64,000 nucleotides of DNA. Source: Takakia lepidozioides (lineage: Eukaryota > Plantae > Bryophyta). Position numbers and translations under genes: made by a program. The notes below the pieces were generated by a model. It worked only from the letters and a program-made list of their open reading frames with translations. It did not search any database and was not told the DNA's origin. Shown one piece after another: positions 45,753 through 57,765 of the stretch (the stretch's first letter is position 1; every line of letters begins with the position of its first letter). Where the stretch lies: positions 57,350,001 through 57,414,000 of the forward strand of contig CM060734.1 in NCBI GenBank assembly GCA_030704615.1, in the 5' to 3' direction.

Positions 45753-48355
45753 TCAGTCCATGTTTCCCTTGAGGTACTTCAAAGACGGCTCAAATTGCTC
45801 AACAGGCAGAAACACAGTGACGTGGCTCCTCTCCTTCACCAACATCTTCCTCGTTGTGCCCTGAATTTCCCTCCCAGCATACATATAGGGATACATCTCC
45901 TCTGCGGCATGCTCCTTTTTTTTTATGCAAGATGCCCTTGCATACCAAATAAACCACTTGGCAGCATCTTCTGCATTCTCGTCTTGAAACCAAACATTGC
46001 TGACTTCTGGGTTCCAGAATTCTTTTTCTGAGCTCATGTGCATGTCGAGATCTCCAATGGTGATTTGCACTGCTGCAACATGCAAGTTTCGGTTCTGATA
46101 AGATTTCAAGATATCCGCCAATGGTGGGCTAGCCCCTGTCAACTCTTTCAAGGAAGCAACAACCTTACGACCAGGTTTAGATCTTGGAGCCCACTCTCGT
46201 ACAATGGCATCCACCCTTTTGTAATTGAACGCTGATGGGACATACAATATGCACCCCTCTACCAAGCCCAAAGTGCTTTCTTGCTTGGAGTTAAAATACA
46301 CAATGTTGTCAAGAGTTTTGACATTCTCTACATACAGCGGGATTCCACTCTTCCATGCTTGTGCCAGCATCTGTTGCTCCACCAGAAAACCTAATAAAGA
46401 AAGATTAGGATGTGGCTCTTGGGTTTCCCTGGAGATGGCCGACTTCCATTTGGAATTCAAAAAGGTATCTCGGTCAATATGTTGAATTTCCTCTGCTAGG
46501 ATGTTCCTGACCAACCCACACACACATCTGCCAGTCTGCGAGGTGTCTACATAAAGATATTGGCAATCATAGGCTATCTCAGTTGCTTGCACTTTGTCCC
46601 CAGTCATGAATGCCATATACATATCACGGAATTCCTTTAGGTTATTATCTGCTGCCAGCTTCTTGCGCACTTGTATCCGTAAAACATGCCTTGCTGCAGT
46701 AACCACTGGCATGTTGACAAACCTCTCCCATTTCTCCTTTGGTGTCTCATCATATTCCTTTACACACCAACATTGTAAAAATAGTGGAAGGCAACCTGTT
46801 GCATCCTTCACCCTCTCTTCCTCCTCCTCTGACAACACCATTGTGCTTGCAATTGGGTGTGTTCCACCAACTTCCATGGCTAACGTTGACTGCGGGGTTG
46901 CGAAGTGTCGCTTCCAACAACTATACTCATTCTCTGTAAATCCACCAAAAAGCCAGATCTTGGTTATATTCAATTGTTTTATTTTCCACTTTTGGCAACT
47001 ATCGTTGTTTGCACATGCACCCCTAAGGATTACATGAAAAGAGGTACATCTCACGATCAGTTTGCGTGCTGCTGCTGCCCTCTTCTGCACATCATGAGTA
47101 GGGTCCAACTCATTGTCCTGATCAACTATCAAGTAAATACGAACACCTTTGCTTGCCTCTTGTTCGTAAAAATTCACCATGGACACATCATCTTGCAATG
47201 CGGCTATTCGCATGCATGTTGCACTATCATCTGCATAGGCTAAGATTAATGCCTTCTGCATTTCAAGAATCAGCCGTTCGTCATGCAGGAGCTTACGGCA
47301 GTCAGGTAGGTACACAACCCGTTGGTATTGCTGCTCCCCAGTGGCCATCTTACGGAATGCGCACATCAGATCACATGCTAGTGCCGCTAAAATATGCGAC
47401 TTTCCATTGCCAAGGTTGCCCCACAAGACTGCTTCTGAGTGATCATATAATTCTTCGTTAGTTGCATCTGCCTTCACAGGTAAATCTGGTGGACAATCAC
47501 CTTCAGCTCCTGTAGGTCTCAACCTTAAAAATGCATTTCGCACTTCTCGATATTTCTCACGTCCCATGTATCTCCACCAAGAGCCACCCTCAGTCTTAAA
47601 GCGGTCGGGTATGCCCGCAAGTGTGGGAAAAGGTAGCTTGAACAAGGTGTTGGGATCCTCAAATGATGAGTTTGCTACAACTCGCTCAACGATGCAGTCG
47701 GCCAACTTCTTAGCCAAAGGGATCCGCAAGTGCCACAACATCAGATTTGTAGATGTTGTAGATGTTGCTACTCTGGTTGGTGCTGCTGGTGCTGCTCCTG
47801 CTGACATCAAGATAATACAATAGAGTCATATAGAAGCAAGTATGCAAGTGTGATAAAAGGAAATATCTGTGAGAGGAAATTAACACACCTGAAATGATGG
47901 TTTCAGGTAGTCCAGAGATTTTCCTTCTCTTAGAACCCTCATATTCACCTGCGAATAAAACATTCCCAGGTTATTGATCAAGAAAACTGAACAAGCTGAA
48001 TCAGATTCCTTGCCACCAATTTGACCCGTTGCTTAGCCACTCCAGGGTTGTGTAGCTAATAAAAAAATCCAAAGGTATCCTCATTCAAGCCACAAGACCT
48101 TATACCTGTCCGATTTATCGGCTCCCCATCGACAACCACCGCATGCTCCTTAGTAGCGCCTACGTCTTCTCCCAAAAGAGATCGGATGGATGTGATTGTA
48201 AGGCGCTTACCGCGGATATCTCCCACTGTGAAGCTTTCAGGTCGCACATGAATTTTTTCTGCGATGCCGGATGCATCCAGGAACCCTAGATCATTCTCCA
48301 TCTCAATCCACGGCTTCTGCTTATCGTCAGTACTCTTAAGCCAAATGCAAGCCAT
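45753..48355 (-). CDS. Crinkler/RHS-type (CR) protein: N-terminal header + NLS + P-loop NTPase + PD-(D/E)xK-like nuclease; 3 exons, 785 aa predicted
   Basis: Exons 48355-48106, 47948-47889 and 47800-45753 join through phase-1 GT-AG introns into one 2358-nt frame. Walker A GNLGNGKS, VVYLPDC, Walker B IYLIVDQDN, and C-terminal LYVPSAFNYKRVDAIV...AVQITI. Confidence 0.75.
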
Positions 48356-48797
48356 TTTGAGGGAGAGAGGAGCGCCAAAGGGAAGCACGGGGCAGAGCGA
48401 CGCAATCCAGGGGAATCAGTTAGCTTGACATCTTTCAAGTGTGTTTACCGGCCTTCCCCAGCTCGGGTCCCTCCTCGAGCAACTTTTACCTCACCAGCTG
48501 GGTAACGTGGCTCCCAATGGCCGTCACCTAATACATTTCCCCGATTTAGTGGGGGGAAGCAGCTTTTCATGGGACGGAGTTGATGACGAAGCCAAATAAA
48601 GGTGACACCAAATGCATCCATCCATCCCATTCCATCCCATATTATGGAAGAGGCAGTCACAGCCAAATATTGAGGAGCATACTAAAAGTGATCAAGCTTG
48701 TAACTCTGCTTTAAGAGAAAAAACCCTGCATAGCTTTATAAAAAGACCCAAGTGGTGACTGTACAAATGGGTATAACTGTCCCAAGAGGAAAAAAAC

Positions 48798-49311
48798 CAG
48801 TGTTGGGCGGTTCTCTGGTTTTGGGTAGAACCTGCCGGGTAGGTTCTATCTTGTGGAAAGTAAATAGAGAACCTCCAGGGCGGGTACTTGGACACTTAGA
48901 GAACCTGCGGTGCAGGGTATATCTCTGAGTTACATTTTGACGGGTATATTTTATACCGGTTCTTTAATGCAATTATCCGCCAAATCTGGTGCTCGGGTAT
49001 ATGGGTAGAGAACCGTAGAGAACCGAGAGATGACCCGGTTCCGAGTCCCGGTTCCGAGTTCAAAAGTTATTATGGACAAAATAAATAAAAAATGGGCATG
49101 TATGAGATGGCCACAATTGTCAATAATTACGCTCATTTTCTAGCACAACTAATACTAAACTTCCTCTAGATTGCACAGTTGGCCGGTTGGCATTCAGTTC
49201 TAGCATTTTCACTACCCTTCTTCTTCCTCAAGGCTTCCACGCTAACCTTAGATAACTACCCTTATACCCAGGGTATGTGTCGGGTGCAGCCCAGAGAACC
49301 GCCCAACAGTG
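48798..49311. mobile_element. hAT-type MITE related to 20268-20632
   Basis: TIR CAGTGTTGGGCGGTTCTCTG / CAGAGAACCGCCCAACAGTG (1 mismatch). A-rich imperfect TSD. Confidence 0.8.
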
Positions 49312-50789
49312 GAAAAACCAAAGCTCGTAGAGCTAGATATATTTACACAAAGAAAGAAATCAAACTGTTCTAGAGTGAATATGAGTTGCTTGTCTTCTCA
49401 ATGGCAGGGTAGTGTTACGACGTCACGACCTGAAGCAACGTAACCCTTTCAGGACTTTGAAACTCTAGCCATGGGGAGAAGTGATTCTTAGCTGTCTCAG
49501 GTAAGTGGGGATTGACATTGCTAGAAGTGTTTTTGGAACTGATTTTGACACTCAAGGACTACAGAGTAGTTATGAGTGAAGTTCTCCAATCTTAGCTATG
49601 GTTAAAATTCAAAGTCACTATTGAACACATCGTAGATGTCGCTGTGTCCACACGCGATGCCTTTGTGAAGGGCAATGTGACACCTTGGGACTGAGCAGAC
49701 TCCTCGAGGTCTGGAACCATCAAAGAACCCCAACTCATCAGCATGCGGTCAAGCCCAATGCCACATGTGAAGGTTTCTGAGGATACGTCCAAAACCCTAC
49801 CATGGTTCTGTCAACGTCAGTCCAAAATACACAACCCTAATGCTTACATGAGATGTATCCAAAGCAATGTCACTAAGCCCCAAATCACCCGCAGAGCTTG
49901 AAAAGATTAGTGAGGCTTTTCCAGATTCATGAAAAGTAATGCATAACCAGCTTTGTGACAACCAAATTGTTGCAGTTACAGTAAAGTGACATAATGCGTA
50001 ACATTTACCAGCTGTCCACGCATGCACACAAAACATGCCACATTAATGCGCATTGCCTCCATAAAAACCAAACGACATTGGAGCAAAACACATGACCCCC
50101 CGTAAATCCAATCATGTGCACACTAACATCCATTGTAACAACATTGAACACAACCCACCAGATGGTTTGGCACTGGCCGCAATTAGCTGGTTCTGAAGCT
50201 TCTGGTTGTCGCCGGTCAAGGTACCACTGGCGTTGTGCTGATACCCTCCGCTAGTCTTGCTGGAGTTTCAATGCCATCTCCTACATGGAAAGAACCCTGG
50301 AGAATGACCTATTCATTGGACAAGGATGTAGTGTAAGTCAATGTGCGCACACTATGTTTGAGAGAGGCACCTGGAGTTTGAGGGTGCCAATCTTGATCAG
50401 CACTTCGCAGCTGTTCAGATGACTGCTAGGCTGTCAGCATGTTGATCACTGTGTTGAGGTAGCTTCAGCTCTGCCCTCAGAACTGTTGAATCTTCTTAGG
50501 CTTGAAAGTTATCCATCCACTAAAACCATGCAGAAACAAACAATACGAGACTCAATTGTTTTGTTGATCATCACTTGAGAACCTAGACAATGCAATCACA
50601 TTATGGTCTATGCCAAGCCCACAATTATAGTCATCAACGACGCTACTGCGTGAGCCTGGCGCGTGAGCGTGTGAGCGTACGCTCAGACAATGATGATGTG
50701 GCGCTGATGCTGACTTGGCGTGAGCCTGGTCCAGGTCATGCCTCGTCACCACAAAGAAGGTGGGCCTATAACCCTGGAGCCCCCAACTG

Positions 50790-53700
50790 CTGATTTCACC
50801 ACATAAAGGTGAAACGGAGTTTCGGGCATTTAGCACGCTGATGAACAACCTTTTCCAGGAGTGGTTGGATTACTTTGTGATCGTGTACATCGACGACATC
50901 TTGGTGTACTCGAAAACAAAGGAGGAGCACCTGGAGCACCTGAAAAGGGTGTTCCATAAATTGTGGGAAGGGAAGCTGTATGCCAAAGCTTCAAAGTGCG
51001 AATTCGGGGTCACAAAAGTGGAGTTCCTGGGGCATGTGATTACACAGGATGGGGTCAAAATGGATGACAGAAAGGTGAGGGCGATCTTGGACTGGGAGCC
51101 TCCGACTTCGGTCCCGGGAGTGCGATCCTTCCTAGGACTCGCCTCCTATTACCGGAAGTATGTGAGAAATTTCGCCAAGATTGCGGGGCCGCTGTCAGAC
51201 CTTCTGTATAAATCTAAAGTCTGGGCATGAAACACCTTTTGTGGCCAAGCTTTTGCTGAATTGAAGCAGCGGATGGCGGAAGCTCCAGTCTTGAAAATCC
51301 CGGAGTTCGATCGTCCGTTCGAGATACACACAGATGCGTCGGACTTCGCGATTGGGGGTGTACTGATGCAAGATGGACGCCCAGTGGCTTACGAAAGTAA
51401 GAAACTGAATGAAGTGGAGCGACGGTGGCCGACGCACGAGAAAGAGATGAAGGTGGTGGTGCACTGTCTTGAGCTTTGGCGCCACTATGTTGGTTCCAAC
51501 CCAGTGAAGGTGTTCACGGACAATGTCACGGTGAAGTATTTTGCCACGCAGCCCAAGTTGTCCCCAAAATAACTTAGGCGGCAAGATACTTTGGCGGTGT
51601 TCGATGTGGATATCCAGTACAAACCGGGACGAGACAACGTGGTGGCCGATGCTTTAAGTAGAAAGCAGCAGCTCTTGTTGGTGTACAAGGGCGAGACGGC
51701 GCTCCAAAGGAAGATCCGGAAGGCTTGCCGGAAGGATGAGCTGGCGAAGTCCATGATGTAGGACTTGAGGATGGGGGTTAAATCGCAGTTCCACTTGCAA
51801 AATGGACTGCTCCGGTATAAGCAAAAGCGTCTCTACGTGCCGAAGGAGGGATCAGAGATAGCCTCTTGAGAGAATGCCATGATAGCCCGCTTGCGGGCCA
51901 CGGCGGAGCCAAGCGCACTGCGGCACTCTTGAAGAAAGAGTATTTCTGGCCCAAACTGAGGGAGGAGGCAGAGGAGTATGTCAAGACATGCACCACATGC
52001 CAACAAAACCGGAGCGAGTACAAAAAGCAAGCGGGGCTGTTACAACCCTTGCCGATTCCAGAGGGGACTTGGGAAAGCGTCTCGATGGATTTCATGACTG
52101 CTATGCCGCTGTCAAAAGGATTCGATGCAATCATGGTGGTGGGGGATAGGTTCAGTAAAATGGGCCATTTCATCCCCACCAAGGAGACGGCAACGGCGCA
52201 GGAGACAGGGCGACTTTACTTCGCCCACGTCTTAAAGCATCATGGAGTCCCGAAGGATATTGTCTCGGACCGCGATCCAAAGTTTACGAGTAAATTTTGG
52301 AGGGCACTTTGGAAGAAGATGGGGACGAGGCTGAAGATGAGCACCGCCTTCCGACCTACGACTGCCGGCAAACAGCAAGGTGCACCCAGTATTCCATGTC
52401 TCCCTTTTGAAGCCTTACTTCAAAGATGAAGCGCGTCCGAATCGGCATCAAGTGTTGCGTCCGCCACCTATGCTGTTGGATCATGAAAATGAACCTGAGT
52501 ACGAGGTGGAGGCAATACTTAAGTCGAGGAGGTTCAAGAACCGAGAAACGGAGTATCTCGTCAAATGAAAGGGCTATCATCATGTGGAGGCATCTTGGGT
52601 GCGTGCCTCAGAAATGGGAAACGCATCCGAGGCGGTTGCAGCTTTCGAAGGGCGACCTCAAAAGCGGAAGAAACGTTGATGGGGACATCAACCTTAGAGC
52701 GTGGGGGAGGAAATGCATGCTTAGCCCGGCTTAGCTAGCTTAGGAATCCGATTACAAAAACTTGTATTGTACAAAAATTTGTTATAAAGGAAATGGGTTC
52801 CAAATGTTGTGCGTCCTATTTTGTTTGGAATGGTGATGCATGGTATGGTTGGCTAGTGTGTAGAATGCATGCTAGCTTATAAAAGTGGGAGAGGTAAATT
52901 GGGTTAATCGTGTGTTTGCGTAGTGCCGAAATCGGGTGACCCCCATCCAAGGGGCAAGGAAACTTGTGACTTCTTTGGGAGTTCACGTGCTAGTGCGCAC
53001 CTGGCGCGTGCGCGTACTATAACTGCGCTACCGAGGGGGTTGCCTTGTAGTAACGCGGAAGCTACGTGCTTCCGTTCACGTACTATAATCGTGTAGCCTC
53101 GGGACGAAGTCGTAGTGCGGCTTCGGCGTGTTCCCGTACCTCAGGCCAGCATTCCAAGGCGGACCCAATTGTAGTGATTGGGGCGCACGGTTGGTTCAAG
53201 GTTATCTTCCTAGTCAAAGAGGGTTCCAAGGAACCCTTGCTCAAGGTGATGCCAAAAGCGGCATCATGAGCGATCGCAAGCAATGTTGTTGCAGTAAGGC
53301 GATTCGATCCTCGGGGAGGATCGTTCCTTGGCCTTGAAGTAGGCCAAGAAGAGTGCACTGGGAGGAGCTGGAGAGGCTCCACCCTTGGCCGGGACTTGGA
53401 GGAAGTCGGCCGAACTAGCTAGTGGAGAGTAGAGTCAAGTGTGGGGTTTGGTTCTTTGCCATGGGACGCCATGGTACGGAAACAAACTCCTTGATGTGGG
53501 ACGCCACAACTTGGATGTTCGTTTCTACAAAATGGACAAGTCGATGAGGACATCGACTCCCTGTTGGTAGGGGTGTGTGTCGCGGCCCTTTGCCTTGAGG
53601 GCAGGGGGTCGGGACACATGAGGGGCTGCCCCTGTGGTGGGGGCAGCGGCAGCGATAGGTATGGGGGGGCTGAAGCACCCTTGAGTGCCCAAGGCACTCA

Positions 53701-54305
53701 AGGAGGCGGAGGCGCTCACTAGGTGGAGCCCCGCACACCGGGTTGCGGTGGGGATGGCTCCACAAGGGGTGGTGGTAGCTTAGCGGGACTTAGTGGGGGT
53801 GGCATAGGACTCACCATGGGGGCGGAGACCTCGTGGTGGGAGTCGTGGGGAGTCTTGGGACTCATCACGGTCCAGAGGGGCCGTGGTGAGTGGGCCAAGA
53901 CTCACCGTGACTCATCACCGGGAGTCGAGGGTTTTCGTGGTGGTTCGCCATAAAATGGCATGGCTGGTTGTGAAACCCCCGCGGACAGCTACAGAAGTAT
54001 ATATAAGGGGAGTAGTCACCCCGAGAACGGTGGAAGCCCGTTGGTGTCCAAAAACTAGTGAGTAAGCGAGCGAGCCGGAAAGCGACCGAAGAGTGGGGAG
54101 CTGTTCCGGACTGCCATCTACCAAAGGGAATTCCACTAGGCCCAAATAGGTGGAGGGTCTTTCGGGGGAGCGAAGGGGGACCGTTATGTCCCGGTGAGCA
54201 GCCGAAGCTCCGAGTTGGCCCGGCGGCCAGGTTGGGAGTCAGGCGCGCGCATCAAAGCGATAACTATGACTTGAAGGGGAGCTTACCGAAGTGAGGTGCG
54301 CGACA
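50790..54305 (+). mobile_element. Ty3/gypsy chromovirus, 5'-truncated and decayed (RT-RNase H-integrase-chromodomain + 3' LTR)
   Basis: VYIDDILVYS; HTDASDFAIGGVL; HDSPLAGH...CTTC; SMDF, VSDRDPKF; chromodomain YEVEAILKSR...YLVK*KGY...SW. Contains stops and an integrase deletion. Confidence 0.95.
52714..54305 (+). repeat. 3' LTR (~1.6 kb) of the chromovirus
   Basis: Follows the polypurine tract GGGGGAGGAAA, starts TG, ends GCGCGACA where host-like sequence resumes. Internal TATATATAAG near 53998. Confidence 0.7.
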
Positions 54306-54310
54306 ATCTC

Positions 54311-54545
54311 GGCAAAACAGGCTGAAATAGCTCGAAGAAGAAGGTGCCCTCACCACATTGTCCTCTACCTTGTGTCATGACCCATTGCGGATTAGACTGA
54401 CCATGAACCCAAGAAGACCTCTTGTGCGTGCTGCTTGTATCTCTAGTCAGGTAATGTGGGATTGGTTTGTAAGAACCACCACGGTGCAGCTAAGCGGGCA
54501 GAGATTAAAATATGGGTTGCTAAGACCAAGCTGATTCCCCCAAGA
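54311..54545. repeat. Third, more diverged copy of 37457-37690 / 57720-57950
   Basis: ggcaaaacaggctgaaatag...aagaagaaggtgccctcaccacattgtcct...taagaccaagct. Confidence 0.85.
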
Positions 54546-54989
54546 ACCTTGTGATCATCAGGAAGAATACCAAATCATGGTACAAAGGGGAGCCAAGAGC
54601 CCACATTTGCACATAATGCGCCCTTGACGCCATAAACGCTTGCAACAACAGGACATGGGCCTCGATTTGGTCTTCATCCTTCTCGCATCACTTGTTCGTC
54701 TCTCTCTCAAGCCTCCATCCCTCTCCCAACACTTTGACAAATTCAGGCAAAGGACAAAGTTACTCTTCCACCCTTAGATCATTTTACATCCGACGATTAG
54801 AACAATCTCTATGAGCCACACAAGCCCTAAAATACATTAAAATATTCCACGTCATGAGCCATGTTGAGCACTTATAAAAATTCCATTTTTGAATAGGGTG
54901 TGCAATAAATGCCTAGTTGTTAAGAGTCGTTCTCTAGTTCTTAAAACCACTTGTAATTGCTGTTTAAAAAAAAAAAACAATTTACGTAA

Positions 54990-55169
54990 TTGAATTAAAT
55001 CGCCGCGAATATTGTGCCGACTGCAGAGTCATTGATGCAACTTCTATCCGCCATTAGAAATGTGAATTTATCCGTTACGACTGTGCAGTAGTAACAAATA
55101 TCTCAAAGTTGTTCCCTCAGTGGTTTTGGACATGCAGTCGATTCGGAAAAGACACGAATGCTTCTAGTG
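54990..55169. mobile_element. CACTA right terminus at the duplication breakpoint
   Basis: CGACTG/CAGTCG subterminal motifs ending CTTCTAGTG (rc CACTAGAAG) at 55169. Left boundary approximate. Confidence 0.55.
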
Positions 55170-55441
55170 CTACATCTCGTTCAGCCATAGTGTTGAACAC
55201 TCCCTTTGCATCCTCGATGCACCCACATTTTGCATACATGTCCACTAGGGTATTGTTCAAAATGACATTTGGTACAATTCCAGCTCTGAAGGTGTCACCA
55301 TGGACCTCCTTCCCCGTTTCCAGAGCTGCCAGGGCAGTGTTTAGAATGACATTAGGTACAATTCCAGCTTTGATGATATCCCCATGCACCTCTTTGCCCT
55401 TCTTAAGGGCTGCTAGGCTTGCACAAGCATTGCAATGCACA
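55170..55441 (-). pseudogene. PLS-PPR fragment, copy B, truncated at the CACTA end
   Basis: Same as 34906-35177 up to MAERDV. Confidence 0.85.
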
Positions 55442-55495
55442 CATGGGACAAAGTAGAACAACAAGAAACCCACATCATAGAGGAGAGAGAGGTTC

Positions 55496-57765
55496 TCACA
55501 TTATCACGACCTTTGACAAACACAAGAATGGGTTGGTTGGTGTCAAGAGGGCGAGGTCGGATTCGGCTGCCACCAGAACAACAGGATTGGATGCAAGCAT
55601 ACGTTTTCTTGACAGAGGAGCTTCCTCCTCTTCTTGGCCTACCACTTCGGGCATCAGCTCCTACTCCTTCAAAAGATTCTCTTTATGTGTGATAAGTGCA
55701 TGTGCCTCATCCCAAACTTGTCTCTCTGATAAGAATGCTTTGCTTGGACATTCAGCAATTGATTCATACCTGCTCTCGGACTGGGGCCAGGCATACACAC
55801 ATCAGAAAGGAAGACAAAGGATATGCCACCAACTGTAACCCTTGGCCATAATACATTAAGGGCGTACTCCCTGCAGGATGCCTTTCTGGAGCTATTGTAA
55901 GGCTTTGAACCGCAATATATAAAACCAGGTCAAGAGTGTTGAATTGCTTACAACAATCCCAAAAAAAGGAACGCATGAGTAAGAGAGAGAGAGAGGGTAA
56001 ACCCTGGCTGAAACAGACAAGCCAGAAAGAGCAGAGAAGACTGCATACCTCTCTATGGGACAACTGCTGATCCATGCTTGGGTCAACATGGAGAGATGAA
56101 CTCTCTGCACACATGGAGGCCATCATTTGCTGGCGACTGAGGGTTTTCCCCTGTAACAACATACCTTCTTGGAAGCTCAAAGTTTCAGCATGCATCTTAT
56201 CTCCCACTGTCCTCTCAAGATGAGACTCTACCACCGTCTCCAATATCTTCCCATTTAGACTCTCTGTGTGCTCAATATATTTGTAAACTTATCTAGTTTC
56301 AAAGCCTCTGAGAGTGCTGCCCCATTTTCTGGTTGCAGTCCCCTTATTTGCTCTGGATCTATGCTTAAGGTCTGCACATGAGCCTCAACCTCCTTTCCCA
56401 GAGCTGATGAATGGTCAAAGTGTATTGCTGCAGCCATCGCCTCTTCTTTGTGGAGCATGGATACCATATCATGTATATCTGATGAATTCTCCACTGATTT
56501 TTCTTCGTATTCTGCAGATGCAACTTCCTCCATTCCTGTAGCTTTCACTTTTAGGAATGCCTCCTGCACTCTTACACACTAACCATTCATAACTTCTCCA
56601 TGTTGGCCCCAGGTCTGCAATACATCCTTTTCGTTGTCTTGCTGCCAAGAAACCTTTGCTTTCTCAAAAATATCAGTCATAGTCCCCATGACTATAGGGT
56701 TGGAGTCTGCTACTGTTCCTTCTCTTGGACTGTTGAGTGAACTTTCCTTCATCAAAGGGGCAATTTGATATGTCGATGCTACCGGGGTGCTGGGTAAAAG
56801 CTCAGACTGTATTGTGTGTATCTCAAGCTGAGGTGCCTTTGTGTCCATTTCACTCGGTGATAGTGCAGGTGTAACTCCATCTGCTCCTGCTGAGACAATC
56901 TCAGACTCTTTGAGGTTCAATAGCAAGCCCTCTCTCTCAGATGCATTTCCCTTCTGTGATTTGGATTGTGAAGGATGTGGCTCTTCGGCAGTTGCAATAT
57001 AAGCAATGTCGTCCTCCATCTTATCAAGCAAACATTGTGAATTCCCTGCCTGTTGGAATATTGCTCGCTCCAATATGGGGAAAAGATCATGCTCTCCCTC
57101 AGCAGGTCCATCTTCCACGAACATTGTGCACTCAACCCTCATAGCATCACCTTGATGCTCTTCAGTTTTGAAATAGAGGGATCTATCATCCATCCTCTCC
57201 ACTATAGACTGTGTCTCCGAATCTAGGACCTCTGCACAAGCAGTCAGTTGGGGTCTGCCTCCTCTCTCTACCACATTTTCCTCTGTCAACATTTGTCCCC
57301 TTCAACCTCGAGCTTCTCTTGTTCAGATACTTCTTCCATACTTACCAGCTCAATAACTAATTCAGACGTCATTCCCTGCTCATTAACAGCAGCCTCCTCT
57401 ACTTTGTGAATGCCGTCTTGTTCCTTGACAGTATCTCCCTCTGGCTCCCTCAAAACAGAGTACATTTGTCTAGCAAAGTGAGCATGCTTATTACCATCTA
57501 ATATCTCTTTCTTGGAAATCCTTTCCAGCTCCATGGCTGCAGACTCCCCTTCCTCATAAATTTTGGCCTTCTTAAGAACACCCACCTCAATACTTTTGGT
57601 GTTCTCTGTAAGATCTATCTGGTCCACCTTAGAAACACATGGGTTGCTCTTCACAGTTGCCTCCTCCTCCATACACTTTAAGCCACCGTCCGCAATCCCT
57701 CCCACTTCACTTGTGAGAGGGCAAAATAGGCTGAAATAGGTCAAAGAAGAAGGTGCCCTCACCAC
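55496..57765 (-). pseudogene. Glu-rich protein pseudogene, copy B
   Basis: Paralog of 35232-37502 with a 1-nt deletion near 57290. Confidence 0.6.

Noticed and set aside
49450-50550. Coding-like composition upstream of the chromovirus
   Set aside because: Stops in all frames and no family I can recognise; BLASTX would be needed.
53066-54294. ORFs within the GC-rich LTR
   Set aside because: No domain signatures; such ORFs are expected by chance in GC-rich LTR sequence.
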